The notes: generated by a model not told the origin, from the letters alone. 64,000 nucleotides of DNA from Candidatus Woesearchaeota archaeon (GCA_038884575.1 JAWABQ010000002.1:16893-80892); one strand, 5' to 3'. Numbered from the stretch's first letter, positions 27,446-38,255 are shown. Made by a program: numbers and translations.

Positions 27446-30073
27446 ATGGACCAACGCGCAATTGTTCCAAAATGGCAGGCAAGATGGAACGAGAAAAAAG
27501 TATTCAAGAGCCGCGACAAATCAAAAAAGCCAAAATTCTACAATTTAGAAATGTTCCCTTACCCATCTGCTTATGGGTTGCACGCAGGACACATGCGCAA
27601 TTATTCCATTGGCGACACAATCGCACGCTACAAGAGAATGAACGGCTTCAATGTCCTTTACCCGATGGGCTTTGACGCCTTTGGCCTGCCTGCCGAGAAC
27701 GCTGCAATAAAGCAAAAAATACACCCAAAAGAATACACCGAGAAGGCAATAGCCTCGCTGACAGGAAGCATGAAGCGCCTTGGCTTCAGCTATGACTGGG
27801 ACAGAACACTTGCCACGTGCTATCCTGAATACTACAAATGGAACCAGTATTTCTTCCTGAAATTCCTTGAAAAAGGCCTGGCTTACCGCAAGCATGCACC
27901 CATCAACTGGTGCCCGTCCTGCGGAACAGTGCTTGCAAACGAGCAGGTTGTTGACTCAAAATGCTGGAGATGCGAAAGCAAGGTCGAAGTCAGGGACTTG
28001 GAGCAGTGGTTCTTCAAAATAACACAGTATGCTGATGAACTGCTCAATGAAGTTGACAACCTCAACTGGCCTGAAAGAATCAAGGCAATGCAAAAAAACT
28101 GGATAGGAAGAAGCGAAGGAACACTCATAGAATTCCAAATCAAGGATTCTGAACTGAAACTGCCTGTTTTCACGACACGCCCGGACACTCTTTTCGGACT
28201 GACCTTTGTGGTTATTGCTCCAGAGCACCCAATAGTCCATGAGCTGGTCCATGGCACAAAGTATGAGGAAGAGGTAAAGAAGTTCGCGAGCAAGGTCGTG
28301 ATGGAAGAAAAGTTTTCCCGCGCTGCAGAGGACAAGGAAAAAGAAGGAATGTTCATAGGAAGACACGTAATACACCCATTCACAGGCAAGGACGTGCCAA
28401 TATACATTGCAAACTTTGTCCTGCTCGACTACGGAACAGGCGCAGTAATGGCAGTGCCGGCACACGACACGCGCGACTACGCATTTGCCAAAAAGTACAA
28501 CATACCAATAATCCCTGTCATAAAGCCAAAAGACAAAGAGCTGATTTTGCCATATGTTGACGAAGGGATATTGTTTGATTCAGGGGAGTTCAGCGGTCTG
28601 CCTTCACAGCAGGCAATACACGAAATCACTGTCGCACTTGAAAAGAAAAAAGCAGGCGGGGCAACAGTAAGCTACAAGCTTAGGGACTGGCTCATCTCAA
28701 GGCAACGCTATTGGGGAACGCCAATTCCAATAATTTACTGCCCACAATGCGGCACAGTGCCTGTTCCTGAGAAAGATTTGCCTGTCAAGCTGCCTGAAAA
28801 AGTGCATTTCACAGGACAGGGAAACCCCTTGGCTAACACTCCAAGTTTTGTGAACGTCAAATGCCCCAAGTGCAAGGGAAAGGCAAAGCGCGAAACAGAC
28901 ACAATGGACACGTTCGTGGACAGCTCATGGTACTTTTTGAGGTATTGCTCAAACAAGGAGAAAAAACAGGCATTCAATCCTGAAAAAGTAAAATACTGGA
29001 TGCCTGTAGACCAGTACATCGGCGGAGCAGAACACGCAGTAATGCACCTGCTCTATGCACGATTCTTCACAAAAGTTCTCAGGGACTTGGGACTGCTCAA
29101 GTTCGGAGAGCCATTCAAGGCACTTTTCAACCAGGGAATGGTGCTTAAGGATGGGGCAAAGATGAGCAAAAGCCACGGAAACGTGGTCTCGCAAGAAGAA
29201 ATCGAACAAAAATACGGAATAGACACTGCAAGATTGTTCATGCTCTTTGTTGCATCACCAGGAAAGGACATAGAATGGAGCGAGGAAGGGGTGCAGGGAA
29301 GCTACAGGTTTGTCCAAAGGCTCGAAGCGCTGTACAAGAAGGAGAAATCACCCAAGCCTGACAAGGCAGTAGAAAGCAAAATCCACAGCACACTCAAGGC
29401 AGTTACTGAGTACATGTCAACATTTGAGCTCAACAAGGCAATAATTGCAATAATGGACTGCGTGGAATTCCTTGAAAAAAGGCAAACACTGCACCAGAAG
29501 TCATTAGAAATATTGACTCTGATGCTTGCGCCATTCATTCCGCACATTGCAGAAGAACTTTGGGAAATGCTTGGAAAAAAGCCATTTGCCTGCACGCAGA
29601 AATGGCCAAAGTTTGACGCCAAAAAGATAAACCCTGAGCTTGAATACCAGCAAGCACTTTACCAGAAGCTGGTTGGAGACATTAATGATGTCCTGAAGCT
29701 CACAAAGATACTCAAGCCAATGGCAATCAAACTGTTCATAGCCGACCAGTGGAAGAGCGACTTTTACAGGGAAATCAAAGCACAGTTTGAAAAGACAAAG
29801 AATGCCGGAGAAATAATCAAGAACCTAATGGCAGGGCCTTTGAGAAAGCACGGCGACGCAATAAGCAAAATGGTTCCGAAATTAGTCCAGGAGCCAGGAA
29901 GGATTCCAGAGCACATTCTCGGCCAGAAAAAAGAAATGGCTGCATTCCTGGAAATGAAGGAACAACTGGCAAAAGAATACAGCTGCTCAGTTGAAATAGT
30001 AAAAGAGCAGGACACGCAGGAGCAAAAGGCAAAGAACGCGCTTCCCGGAAAGCCGGCAATCGTGATTGTCTGA
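27446..30073 (+). CDS. leuS: leucine--tRNA ligase (bacterial-type core, archaeal-type C-terminal domain)
   Basis: [54 protein letters not shown] and KMSKS; C-terminus [15 protein letters not shown]. Confidence 0.98.
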   Translation: MDQRAIVPKWQARWNEKKVFKSRDKSKKPKFYNLEMFPYPSAYGLHAGHMRNYSIGDTIARYKRMNGFNVLYPMGFDAFGLPAENAAIKQKIHPKEYTEKAIASLTGSMKRLGFSYDWDRTLATCYPEYYKWNQYFFLKFLEKGLAYRKHAPINWCPSCGTVLANEQVVDSKCWRCESKVEVRDLEQWFFKITQYADELLNEVDNLNWPERIKAMQKNWIGRSEGTLIEFQIKDSELKLPVFTTRPDTLFGLTFVVIAPEHPIVHELVHGTKYEEEVKKFASKVVMEEKFSRAAEDKEKEGMFIGRHVIHPFTGKDVPIYIANFVLLDYGTGAVMAVPAHDTRDYAFAKKYNIPIIPVIKPKDKELILPYVDEGILFDSGEFSGLPSQQAIHEITVALEKKKAGGATVSYKLRDWLISRQRYWGTPIPIIYCPQCGTVPVPEKDLPVKLPEKVHFTGQGNPLANTPSFVNVKCPKCKGKAKRETDTMDTFVDSSWYFLRYCSNKEKKQAFNPEKVKYWMPVDQYIGGAEHAVMHLLYARFFTKVLRDLGLLKFGEPFKALFNQGMVLKDGAKMSKSHGNVVSQEEIEQKYGIDTARLFMLFVASPGKDIEWSEEGVQGSYRFVQRLEALYKKEKSPKPDKAVESKIHSTLKAVTEYMSTFELNKAIIAIMDCVEFLEKRQTLHQKSLEILTLMLAPFIPHIAEELWEMLGKKPFACTQKWPKFDAKKINPELEYQQALYQKLVGDINDVLKLTKILKPMAIKLFIADQWKSDFYREIKAQFEKTKNAGEIIKNLMAGPLRKHGDAISKMVPKLVQEPGRIPEHILGQKKEMAAFLEMKEQLAKEYSCSVEIVKEQDTQEQKAKNALPGKPAIVIV

Positions 30074-30079
30074 GGGTTT

Positions 30080-30499
30080 TTACCGCTCCAGGTACCTTTG
30101 CTGCGGCGGTTTCCGGTGCCAAAATGCCCCTTTTGCCTTATAGTCACGCAATTCGCGCACCAGTTCCCCAAGCCAGAAGTCAAACAAGCTGATGCGCTCA
30201 TCACCAGGATACGATTTTACAAATAATTCCCTCATTGTTTGGGTGATGCCAATTGCAGTCTCCAATTCCAGCGCAGAACGCGCATGCCTGACCCAGTCGC
30301 CGTATTTAGGGACAGCCTTGAGGAATTCTGCAAATCCGTCAATGATTATGCGCATGACAGCAGAGCCATACCTTGCCTCCTTTGTTGTCATCAGGTTTGC
30401 AAACGCCTGAAAGCCCCCAAACCAGTAACCGCTCACTCTTGCTTCATTGAGAATTCCAACACATTCCTGCTTAACCATTATCTCAAGAGGGTCTGCCAT
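30080..30499 (-). CDS. hypothetical protein
   Basis: 139-aa ORF with a TATA-like box about 25 nt upstream. Confidence 0.6.
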   Translation of the reverse strand: MADPLEIMVKQECVGILNEARVSGYWFGGFQAFANLMTTKEARYGSAVMRIIIDGFAEFLKAVPKYGDWVRHARSALELETAIGITQTMRELFVKSYPGDERISLFDFWLGELVRELRDYKAKGAFWHRKPPQQRYLER

Positions 30500-30590
30500 A
30501 ATCCTGCAGAAACAATGTTTGGTTTATATTCTTAACTGTTTATCTTTTTTTTATGTACCGTGATTTTCAGAAGATTCCTGTTATTAAGAA

Positions 30591-30866
30591 GCGGGCGGAC
30601 GCGCAATCCGGTGGACATAGAAAAGAACAAACGGTTTGACCCTGAACTTTCCTCGGTTCCGCACCCCCGCAAGCATTCACCCTTACAGTTAGCGCTGCTG
30701 CCTTCCGGCCCTGACGCGGTTCCTACAAGAGCAACCCTGCAGGACAGAACGTCAACGTCCAGTTCAGGACCATTTGCACCATCCTAGGCCGCTCGGACTG
30801 CTTCTCCCCACCATAAAGCCGATTTGAGGTGACAGGAGACGGCTAACCTCCCGGAAAAGCCCGCCC
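30591..30866 (-). ncRNA. ffs: archaeal SRP (7S) RNA
   Basis: Reverse complement gives helix 8 CGTCAGGGCC-GGAA-GGCAGCAGCG, a 5' Alu-domain hairpin pair and the GGGCGGGC/GTCCGCCC terminal helix. Confidence 0.93.
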
Positions 30867-30917
30867 AGAACAATGAGCATAATAACGTTTTTAAATCTAA
30901 TGGTTTGAAGTCAGCGT

Positions 30918-31973
30918 ATGGCAACACCGCTTCATGTCGCTGACCGCGCGCTTTCTGAAACAAGCAGGGCAACGCACCTGCTGTCATACCTAAACCCGAC
31001 AAATTTGCAGGAAGAGGCGCAGACATTCTTTGCGAGCCGGAATTATGAGCCAAAATTCACTTACAGAACTTTCACAAGGGCAGATACATTAAGAACAAGG
31101 CTTGAAGCCATAAACATAGCAGAGAAGACGCCTCTTGGACAGCTTTTCAGGGACGTAAAGGAAAGGCTGCTGTTGTCAGTGGGAATGCTGGAGAGTATGG
31201 GGAAAAAAAGCTTTGCAGAAACACTTCTTTATGGCGCTCCTTCAAAAGAACTTGTAAGAAAAGCATACTTGTTGCTCGAGAAAACGCCAAGGAAGCCAAT
31301 TCCAACAAAGCCTTATGCAGCAACATACATGAAATCAGCAATTGAAAAAGCATTGCTGCAGCATGGATTCACAGGGTGGCATACTGCAATAAAGCCCGCT
31401 GTTGCAAGAGTTGCAGTAAGCCCCTCAAAAAGGACAATAGTGATAAGGGACAACGCAAAATTCTCCTCCATCGGCGTGAAATGCATACTTGCGCACGAAA
31501 TAGGGGTGCATGTCCTGCGGTCAATGAACGGCTACAGGCAGAAATATAAGATTTTCGGCACAGATGCAATCCCTGGCTACCTGCAGACAGAAGAGGGGTT
31601 GGCAGTACTGCATGAGAAAAAGGCCGGCTGCCTCACAAACAACAGGCTCAGGAGGTATGCAGGAAGGGTGATTGCTGCCTCAATGGCATTGAAATGCGGC
31701 TTCAGGGATGTTTTCAACGAGCTTACAAAGTTTTTCCCGCCCAAAGAGGCATTTGAAATGACAGCAAGGGTAAAGCGCGGGCTAAAAGACACATCACAGG
31801 CAGGAGGGTTTATCAAAGACCACGTTTACCTTGAAGGAAAGCTTGAAATTGAAGAATTTATTGCCAAAGGAAATGACATAACGCCTGTGTATGCAGGAAA
31901 AATCGGGCTTGAGCACATACCGCTTGTTGAGGATGGCACGATTTTGCAGCCCATTTACTTGCCAAAATTCTGA
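30918..31973 (+). CDS. DUF1704 / MATCAP-like gluzincin peptidase
   Basis: LAHEIGVHVLR, TEEGLA, R.KRG..DTS..GG..KD..YL.G motifs. Confidence 0.88.
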   Translation: MATPLHVADRALSETSRATHLLSYLNPTNLQEEAQTFFASRNYEPKFTYRTFTRADTLRTRLEAINIAEKTPLGQLFRDVKERLLLSVGMLESMGKKSFAETLLYGAPSKELVRKAYLLLEKTPRKPIPTKPYAATYMKSAIEKALLQHGFTGWHTAIKPAVARVAVSPSKRTIVIRDNAKFSSIGVKCILAHEIGVHVLRSMNGYRQKYKIFGTDAIPGYLQTEEGLAVLHEKKAGCLTNNRLRRYAGRVIAASMALKCGFRDVFNELTKFFPPKEAFEMTARVKRGLKDTSQAGGFIKDHVYLEGKLEIEEFIAKGNDITPVYAGKIGLEHIPLVEDGTILQPIYLPKF

Positions 31974-32026
31974 ACTTATTCTGCAGTCTCGAAATCTTTA
32001 TTAAAAGCATAAAAGATCAGGGCATT

Positions 32027-32863
32027 ATGCCTTCACGGCTCGTATTCTTGGGGACTGCGGGGAACCTTGGAGTAGTAAGCAAGCAGTCAAGAAGCTCAGG
32101 AGGGTTTGTTGTCCAGGCAGGGGAACTTCAGCTGCACATTGATCCAGGGCCGGGCGCTTTGACAAATGCAGCTCTTTGCGGCATAAATGTCAGGGCGCAC
32201 ACTGCAATACTTGCATCCCATGCGCACCTGAACCACTGCAATGACCTGAACGCGCTAATAAACGCAATGACACTGAACGGGCTTGACTCCCACGGACTGC
32301 TTGTCGCGCCTGACAGCATTGTGAACGGCACAGAGCACATAAAGCCTGTGCTGCACACGCACTTCGCAAACCACCTTGAAAAAATAATAATTGCCCAGCC
32401 AAACAAGAAAATAGGCATAGAAAGCATAGAGGTGCACACGCTTATTGCAAGACATTCTGACCTGCATTCGCTTGGCTTCAAGATTTTCACCCCTGAATTC
32501 GTGCTTGCATACACAGGTGACACAAGCTATGATCCCGAGATTGCAAAACAATACGAAGGGGCGGACATACTTGTGGTCAACTGCCAGCACCCTGGAAAAA
32601 GCAAGGAGCCGGGGCTGTGCACCGCAGATGTCATCAGGATTTTGAGAAAAGCCCAGCCCAAGCTGTGCATCCTGACGCACTTCTCCCAGAAAATGATTGA
32701 TGCAAAGCCATTGTACGAGGCAAGGGAAATACAAAGGCAGTCAGGGGTGCAGGTAATAGCATCAGAAGACAGAATGACTCTTGACCCTGCATCTTATTCT
32801 GCAGAATTAAAGCAGAAAACCCTTGGGCTGTTCACATCAGGAAAAGAAGGCCATAGCCAATAA
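32027..32863 (+). CDS. MBL-fold metallo-hydrolase
   Basis: FLGTAG, HIDPGPG, SHAHLNH (HxHxDH with D>N), YTGDT and LTHF motifs. Confidence 0.88.
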   Translation: MPSRLVFLGTAGNLGVVSKQSRSSGGFVVQAGELQLHIDPGPGALTNAALCGINVRAHTAILASHAHLNHCNDLNALINAMTLNGLDSHGLLVAPDSIVNGTEHIKPVLHTHFANHLEKIIIAQPNKKIGIESIEVHTLIARHSDLHSLGFKIFTPEFVLAYTGDTSYDPEIAKQYEGADILVVNCQHPGKSKEPGLCTADVIRILRKAQPKLCILTHFSQKMIDAKPLYEAREIQRQSGVQVIASEDRMTLDPASYSAELKQKTLGLFTSGKEGHSQ

Positions 32864-33704
32864 GGCAGCCGATGGTAAGGAAGGGCATTGCAGGATAAAA
32901 TTTCTTCTTCTGGCCATAAAGCAGCAGGCAAAGCAGCGCAATGGTGGCGCAAATTGCAACAATGACTGACTGCTGCAGCCCTGCTGTTTTCATCACAACG
33001 CCTGCAAAAATAAGCGGGAAGCCGATGTCGCCGCCTCCAAGGATTGCTGTCCTGACGCTGCCTGGCTTTTCAGGCGCCTTCAGGACAATTTTTTTGGGCA
33101 GGTAAGGAAGCAAAAGCCCTGCAAAAATGCCGGTCTTTGCCTGGAACTGCGCCATCCTTGTCATGTGCTTGGAGCGCCAGACTGCATACATGTCATAAGC
33201 TGAAATCAGGAGCAGCAGGATTATTGCTGTCAAAGGGGTCAGCAAAGGCACAAATATGACAGCAAGGCCGCCGTAAATGAAGAGTTCTGTTGCATTGTGG
33301 ACAAGCACCCCCGGCCTGAAGATTTTCCAGGTGCCAAGGATTAATGCAAGCAAAACCGCATAACTGCTCGGCATGAACGCCGAAAATGCAATGTGCAGGC
33401 ACAGCACAACAGCCAGCCAGAACCAGAGCTTCCAGAGCACAACCTTCTGCCAGCGGATAATGACCAAAAGGAGCATTGTGCCAATAACAAGCGCAATAAA
33501 GATGTAGACTGCTGAAGTCATCGGTGGCGCTTCAGGACGCTCTATTCCAATGCCTGCGACAGAGGGAAGGGCTTTCCATTCAACCCTTCCTGTTTCAGCC
33601 GTCTTTTGGACGTCAACATAAGAATTGATTACCGCAAGCCCTATGACCTGGGCAAGCAAAAACATTCCTACCAGCAAAAAAGTTACAGACCAGTTGTGCT
33701 TCAT
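32832..33704 (-). CDS. presenilin/SPP family intramembrane aspartyl protease
   Basis: SAYDMYAVW (YD), LGGGD (GxGD) and PAMP (PAL) motifs; multi-TM. Confidence 0.93.
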   Translation of the reverse strand: MKHNWSVTFLLVGMFLLAQVIGLAVINSYVDVQKTAETGRVEWKALPSVAGIGIERPEAPPMTSAVYIFIALVIGTMLLLVIIRWQKVVLWKLWFWLAVVLCLHIAFSAFMPSSYAVLLALILGTWKIFRPGVLVHNATELFIYGGLAVIFVPLLTPLTAIILLLLISAYDMYAVWRSKHMTRMAQFQAKTGIFAGLLLPYLPKKIVLKAPEKPGSVRTAILGGGDIGFPLIFAGVVMKTAGLQQSVIVAICATIALLCLLLYGQKKKFYPAMPFLTIGCLIGYGLLFLM

Positions 33705-33755
33705 GCTCCTGCAGGCGGTGAAAGCTTATATAAACCCTGCGTTTTGCAGCCTGGA

Positions 33756-34214
33756 ATGAAATACCTCAACAATGTTGTGGTTTCTGTCTTTGCCAAGCCT
33801 TCTGAAGAGGATGTTATTGCTGTCCGAAATGGGCTTGTTGAGCTTGTTCCGCTAAACCTGGCAGAGGAAAAGATAGAGGTAAAAGAGGAGACTGCGCAAG
33901 GATTTAACGAGCAGCAGATAAAAATATTCACAATAACGCTCAACAAGGAGTCGCACACAAATGCATTCCTGAAAGCTATGTTAAATAGGTTAACAACAGA
34001 GCAGAAAGAACTTTTGCTCCGTCAGAAGGAGTCAAGGCTTGATGCTGATTTGTGCTTTTTCATCAGGATTGACAAGGGCAAATGGCTTTCTGACAGGCGC
34101 ATTTTCATAACAGACTCAGGGCAATGCTTCCACATCAGGATGCAACTGGCTGCATTTCCCGCCAGCCGCGAGGCAGCTCTTGTCCTTGTTGAGAAGATTT
34201 TTAAACCCGAATAG
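33756..34214 (+). CDS. DUF54/COG1325-type RNA-binding protein
   Basis: G...I.I...L, RLD....FFIRIDK and FHIR..LAAFP motifs. Confidence 0.8.
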   Translation: MKYLNNVVVSVFAKPSEEDVIAVRNGLVELVPLNLAEEKIEVKEETAQGFNEQQIKIFTITLNKESHTNAFLKAMLNRLTTEQKELLLRQKESRLDADLCFFIRIDKGKWLSDRRIFITDSGQCFHIRMQLAAFPASREAALVLVEKIFKPE

Positions 34215-34228
34215 TCAAACTGCAGGGC

Positions 34229-35320
34229 ATGGCATTGATAATTGACCCGTGGGGCGCAGAGCTTCCTGCGGAATATGAAAAAATCGTGAAACAGTTCGGG
34301 CTGGAGGTATTTGACTCCTCATTATTCCCTGAACCAAACAGGCTTATGAGGAGGAAAATCGTCTTTGCATCCAGGGACCAGAAAGTTATAGCTGACTGCA
34401 TCAGGAAAAAGAAGCCTTACTATGCCCTGACTGGAATAATGCCAACTGCTGACAAGGTTCACTTCGGCACAAAAATGGTTGTGGAGCAGATGCGCTACTT
34501 CCAGGAGCACGGCGCAAAGACATATGTGCTTGTTGCAGACCTTGAGGCAGCAACAACAAGGGGCGTTTCGCTGGAAATTGCGCGAAAAAGGGCGCTTGAC
34601 TTCCACATTCCTGCTTACATCGCGCTTGGGCTTGACCCTAAGAAGACAATTTTCTACTTCCAAAGCGAGAACAAGGACGTTATGCACCTCGCATACGAGG
34701 CGGCCCAAAGGATAACACTTAACGAGTTCAAAGCTGTTTACGGCAGTGCAGACCCCTCAAGGATAATGGCTGCTGTAACGCAGGTCGGAGACATACTTTT
34801 CCCGCAGCTTGAGGAGAAAATGCCAGGCATAATCCCTGTTGGCATTGACCAGGACCCGCACATCAGGCTTACAAGGGATGTTGTCGAACGCTCAGGAAGG
34901 ATGCACAAGCTCATTCCTCCGGCAGGAATCTACCACAAGTTCACGCCATCGCTTGACGGCACGCTGAAAATGAGCAAAAGCAAGCCAGGAAGCTGCATAG
35001 AACTGCCAGAAGACCCAAAAGAAGTGTGCAAGAAAATACAAAAGGCAGTCAGCGGCGGAAGAAAAACAGAAGAAGAGCACAGAAAGCTCGGCGCAGAGGT
35101 TGAAAAAGACATGGTATTTGAGCTCTTGAAAATGCATCTGATAGAGAACGACAACAAGCTTGAAATGATTTACCAACAATACAAGACAGGGCAGATGCTT
35201 TCAGGCGAGCTGAAGAAGATTGCATGCGAGGCAATGACAGCATTCATGAACTACTTTGTTGAACGGCTTGAGGAGGCGCGCAAGATTGTCCCTGACCTTA
35301 AGTTCATAAAGTTCAGCTAG
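34229..35320 (+). CDS. trpS: tryptophan--tRNA ligase (archaeal type)
   Basis: IDPWG, TGIMPT..VHFG, PVGIDQDPHIRLTRD, KMSKS and SGELK motifs. Confidence 0.97.
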   Translation: MALIIDPWGAELPAEYEKIVKQFGLEVFDSSLFPEPNRLMRRKIVFASRDQKVIADCIRKKKPYYALTGIMPTADKVHFGTKMVVEQMRYFQEHGAKTYVLVADLEAATTRGVSLEIARKRALDFHIPAYIALGLDPKKTIFYFQSENKDVMHLAYEAAQRITLNEFKAVYGSADPSRIMAAVTQVGDILFPQLEEKMPGIIPVGIDQDPHIRLTRDVVERSGRMHKLIPPAGIYHKFTPSLDGTLKMSKSKPGSCIELPEDPKEVCKKIQKAVSGGRKTEEEHRKLGAEVEKDMVFELLKMHLIENDNKLEMIYQQYKTGQMLSGELKKIACEAMTAFMNYFVERLEEARKIVPDLKFIKFS

Positions 35321-35361
35321 CCCAGAAACATTTATATATCAAGATATTCACGGGGAGAAGC

Positions 35362-35634
35362 ATGGCAAAAAAGAACAGCCACAGTCATGGCAGTGTCAGA
35401 AGGGATATTCCGGGCGAGCTTCCTGCAGGGGCAAGGGCTTGGACCCCGCTCTCAGCAGGCTTCATGGTTGCCAGCATAGTGGGGTTCTTTGTGTCACTGC
35501 TTTACATAAGCAAGTTTTCACTGCCGATGTCAGTCGCATTTGCAGTTGTGTTTTTGTGCATGTTCCTTGCCTCGATAATATCAATGGGGCGCGCGTCTCC
35601 TGATGCGCAGCTTGCGGCAAGGCCGATAAAATAA
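35362..35634 (+). CDS. small 2-TM membrane protein
   Basis: PLSAGFM followed by two TM helices. Confidence 0.7.
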   Translation: MAKKNSHSHGSVRRDIPGELPAGARAWTPLSAGFMVASIVGFFVSLLYISKFSLPMSVAFAVVFLCMFLASIISMGRASPDAQLAARPIK

Positions 35635-35653
35635 AAAATCAGGGGGATGGAAA

Positions 35654-36388
35654 ATGAAGCTTGTTGCATTTATAGCGGCATTTTTGATACTTATGCTGGT
35701 TTCCTGCGCTCCTGCACAGCCTGCAGCGCCAGCTGCTCCTGCAGCACCTGCACAGCCTGCAGCCCAGCCAGCAGCGCCTGTTCCGCCAGGACCAACTCCT
35801 GTAGAAACAAAGCCTGTGCCAGCAGTCTCAAAGGAATTGCAGGCGCTCTTAAGCAAGGCAGACCAGAAGGTAAAGAGCTATTCATACCTTGAACTGATAA
35901 TCCCGACAAAGCAGCAGCCTGACAGGTTCTATATCAAGGGCACAAAAGCCAAGATAAAGCTCTACGAGTATGACCCCTATGTTGCAGAAACATACTTTGA
36001 CACAGTCTATCTTGACACTGTTGCAAAGACCGCGGTTGGAAGGTGCGAAAGCAAGCGCAGGTGCATCTGGCCTCAGGGAGACAACACAAAGAAGACATGG
36101 GACAACCTTGACTACAGCAAGTATTTGACAAAAACGCCGTACGAGTTCCTGAAGTCAGTGCCTCCAACAGCAACAATAATTGGCCCTGAGGTGTTTGACC
36201 AGCGCACAACCACAAAGATTGAGTACGAGGAGGGCGGAAAGCTCATCCAGATGTGGATTGATGACACGTATGGAATCCCAAGGGCAATAAGGGTTGTGCC
36301 CTCGTCAGGCCAGGAGCTGAACTACAAGTTCAATGACCTGCAGTTCAACACACTGACAGACGCAGATGTCACGCCGCCGAAGATTTAA
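35654..36388 (+). CDS. secreted lipoprotein-like protein (Pro/Ala linker, LolA-like beta fold possible)
   Basis: Signal peptide ending LVSC, PA-rich linker, C-terminal MWIDDTYGIP motif. Confidence 0.75.
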   Translation: MKLVAFIAAFLILMLVSCAPAQPAAPAAPAAPAQPAAQPAAPVPPGPTPVETKPVPAVSKELQALLSKADQKVKSYSYLELIIPTKQQPDRFYIKGTKAKIKLYEYDPYVAETYFDTVYLDTVAKTAVGRCESKRRCIWPQGDNTKKTWDNLDYSKYLTKTPYEFLKSVPPTATIIGPEVFDQRTTTKIEYEEGGKLIQMWIDDTYGIPRAIRVVPSSGQELNYKFNDLQFNTLTDADVTPPKI

Positions 36389-36404
36389 GGCGGATTTTTT
36401 TATT

Positions 36405-37745
36405 TTAGAATTCCAGCGCTTTCTTTTTTTCCTCAACTATCTTAGGCGCTCCGCCGCCGTGCCAGCTGAACCTGGGGCGCACCTGCATGGGGTACATCCG
36501 CTCATTTACATCATCAATGGCAATGCAGGAGCCTGCAACCCTTGGCAGCAGCGCAAGCTCCTTGTCAAGGCCCACCCTGAGATAGCTCTGGATGATGCTT
36601 CCCATTGCATCAGTGTCAACCTTTGCTGTAAGCCTGTGGGCAAGCACAATGTCTGACTGTGTCATTGCGTCAGTGTGCACCTTTCCAGGCTGCTGTGTTG
36701 CCATGACTATAGCGATTCCTGGCTGGCGCCCCTCCCTGAGCAGGGTTATGAGGGCGTCAGTGGCTGATGTTTTGCCCTGTGCCGGCAGGAACTCGTGCGC
36801 CTCGTCAATCATCAGCCAGACCATGGGCATTTCCTTGCCCCTGAGACGCTCTTCCTCCTCTTCTTCATCTGTGATCAGGTAGTGCATTGCAGAATGGATG
36901 CTCTGGAATTCCTCATTCTTCCTCACAACCATCCTCTCCTTGAACAGCCTTTCAGCAACAAGCCCTATCACAAGGTGCTTTATCTTCCACCCGTTTGGCA
37001 TGACTGCATAAGGGCTCAGGTCGAGGATTGTTACCTGGCCGCCGCTGATTATTTCCTTCAGCGGGGTAGCTTCCCTGCTGAACACGCCCCACTGCTCAAC
37101 GCCCCTGAAGCGGTTGACTGCTGCATTCTTGACATGCTCCTCCTCTTTCGGGTCTGCCTGTATCAGCTCAATAATGTCCTCGACATCATAGTCATCGCGC
37201 TCCTTCTGCAGCGTGAGTATGATTTTTGCAATGAAAACAGCCAACGGGTCTTCTGGATGGATGTCAAAAGTCAGATTCCAGTCTTCAGGAGTCAGTTCAT
37301 AAGGCCTGATTGAGAAAGGGGCATCTGTCGGTATCCCCTCTGACTTGTACTTCTTGAAAAATCCTGTTGGCGTGAAGATTTTGACAGGAATTCCCTTTCC
37401 CTCCATTCCCCACTGTTGCAGCAAGTGCTCGTCCTTGTGGTTCGGGTATTTCATTGTCCAGTAAATGCCCATCGTGTCGAGGAGGACAACAGCCAGCCTT
37501 GAGCGGTATTCATCAGGGAGGGTGGCTATGCCTTCTGCAATTACTCCAAGGCTGTATGACTTTCCTGAGCCCCTTTTTCCGCAGACGAAAACAACGTGCG
37601 CCTTGTTCAGGTCAAGGTAGATGTTCTGCGCCAATGCTGTTGTCTGGCCCATCTGCACATAATGCTTGCCCAGAAGTATTGTGCCGAGTGTTCCAAACTT
37701 CTCCCTTTCAGCCTCCTCCCTTCCAAGAATGATTTCGAATGCCAT
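36405..37745 (-). CDS. HerA/DUF87-like P-loop ATPase
   Basis: HVVFVCGKRGSGKSY (Walker A), LMIDEAHEF (Walker B), LREGRQPG and MATQQP motifs. Confidence 0.92.
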   Translation of the reverse strand: MAFEIILGREEAEREKFGTLGTILLGKHYVQMGQTTALAQNIYLDLNKAHVVFVCGKRGSGKSYSLGVIAEGIATLPDEYRSRLAVVLLDTMGIYWTMKYPNHKDEHLLQQWGMEGKGIPVKIFTPTGFFKKYKSEGIPTDAPFSIRPYELTPEDWNLTFDIHPEDPLAVFIAKIILTLQKERDDYDVEDIIELIQADPKEEEHVKNAAVNRFRGVEQWGVFSREATPLKEIISGGQVTILDLSPYAVMPNGWKIKHLVIGLVAERLFKERMVVRKNEEFQSIHSAMHYLITDEEEEEERLRGKEMPMVWLMIDEAHEFLPAQGKTSATDALITLLREGRQPGIAIVMATQQPGKVHTDAMTQSDIVLAHRLTAKVDTDAMGSIIQSYLRVGLDKELALLPRVAGSCIAIDDVNERMYPMQVRPRFSWHGGGAPKIVEEKKKALEF

Positions 37746-37787
37746 CCTCTTTTCATTGGGAAATGTGGCAAACGAGTATAAAAAGGT

Positions 37788-38255
37788 TTATGCCCGTTCG
37801 TAATTGCAGACGAGCTTTATTGCAGCAACAAAAAAGCTTGGGGCAGGGATAATGCCATTATTGCCATTGTCCGATGCTGTTTTTACAAGCAGTTTGTACT
37901 TGGCCTCATCATCATTGACAATTATTGCAACCGCGTTTGGCAATTTTCTTGCGTATCGCGTCTGCCTCGCATTGTTGCCTATGACATAAACCCGCCCGCA
38001 CCCGCTTAAAGGGGAATTGAATTCCTCCTGCGCAATCTTTTCAAGAAGCTTTGAAGATGACAAAGAGCTGTTATTGACAACCTTTGCCTCGACAGGCAGC
38101 TTTTCCAGCAAGCCCTTATTTTGAATGCCGCCAATAATTGCGATTTTGGCATCCTTGACCTGAGTCAGGGCGCACAAGCCCTGCCTTGCATAGTCATCAT
38201 GCTTGTTGGTGAGAACATTCTGGTGTATTCCTATGAGAACTTTTTTTGGGTGCAT
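37788..38255 (-). CDS. hypothetical alpha/beta protein (degenerate HAD-like topology possible)
   Basis: 155-aa ORF containing VYVIGN; no catalytic DxD. Confidence 0.6.
   Translation of the reverse strand: MHPKKVLIGIHQNVLTNKHDDYARQGLCALTQVKDAKIAIIGGIQNKGLLEKLPVEAKVVNNSSLSSSKLLEKIAQEEFNSPLSGCGRVYVIGNNARQTRYARKLPNAVAIIVNDDEAKYKLLVKTASDNGNNGIIPAPSFFVAAIKLVCNYERA

Noticed and set aside
30560..31053. ORFs 30560..30787 and 30784..31053
   Set aside because: They overlap SRP RNA and the DUF1704 gene; no coding signature.
35700..35800. CCTGCA/GCAGC repeats (also near 22210..22300 and 45170..45300)
   Set aside because: They encode Pro/Ala/Gln linkers; no constant repeat-spacer period, so not CRISPR.
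36405..37745. HerA-like ATPase as part of a defence or conjugation island
   Set aside because: No adjacent nuclease, Sir2, NurA or T4SS genes recognised; composition matches the core genome.
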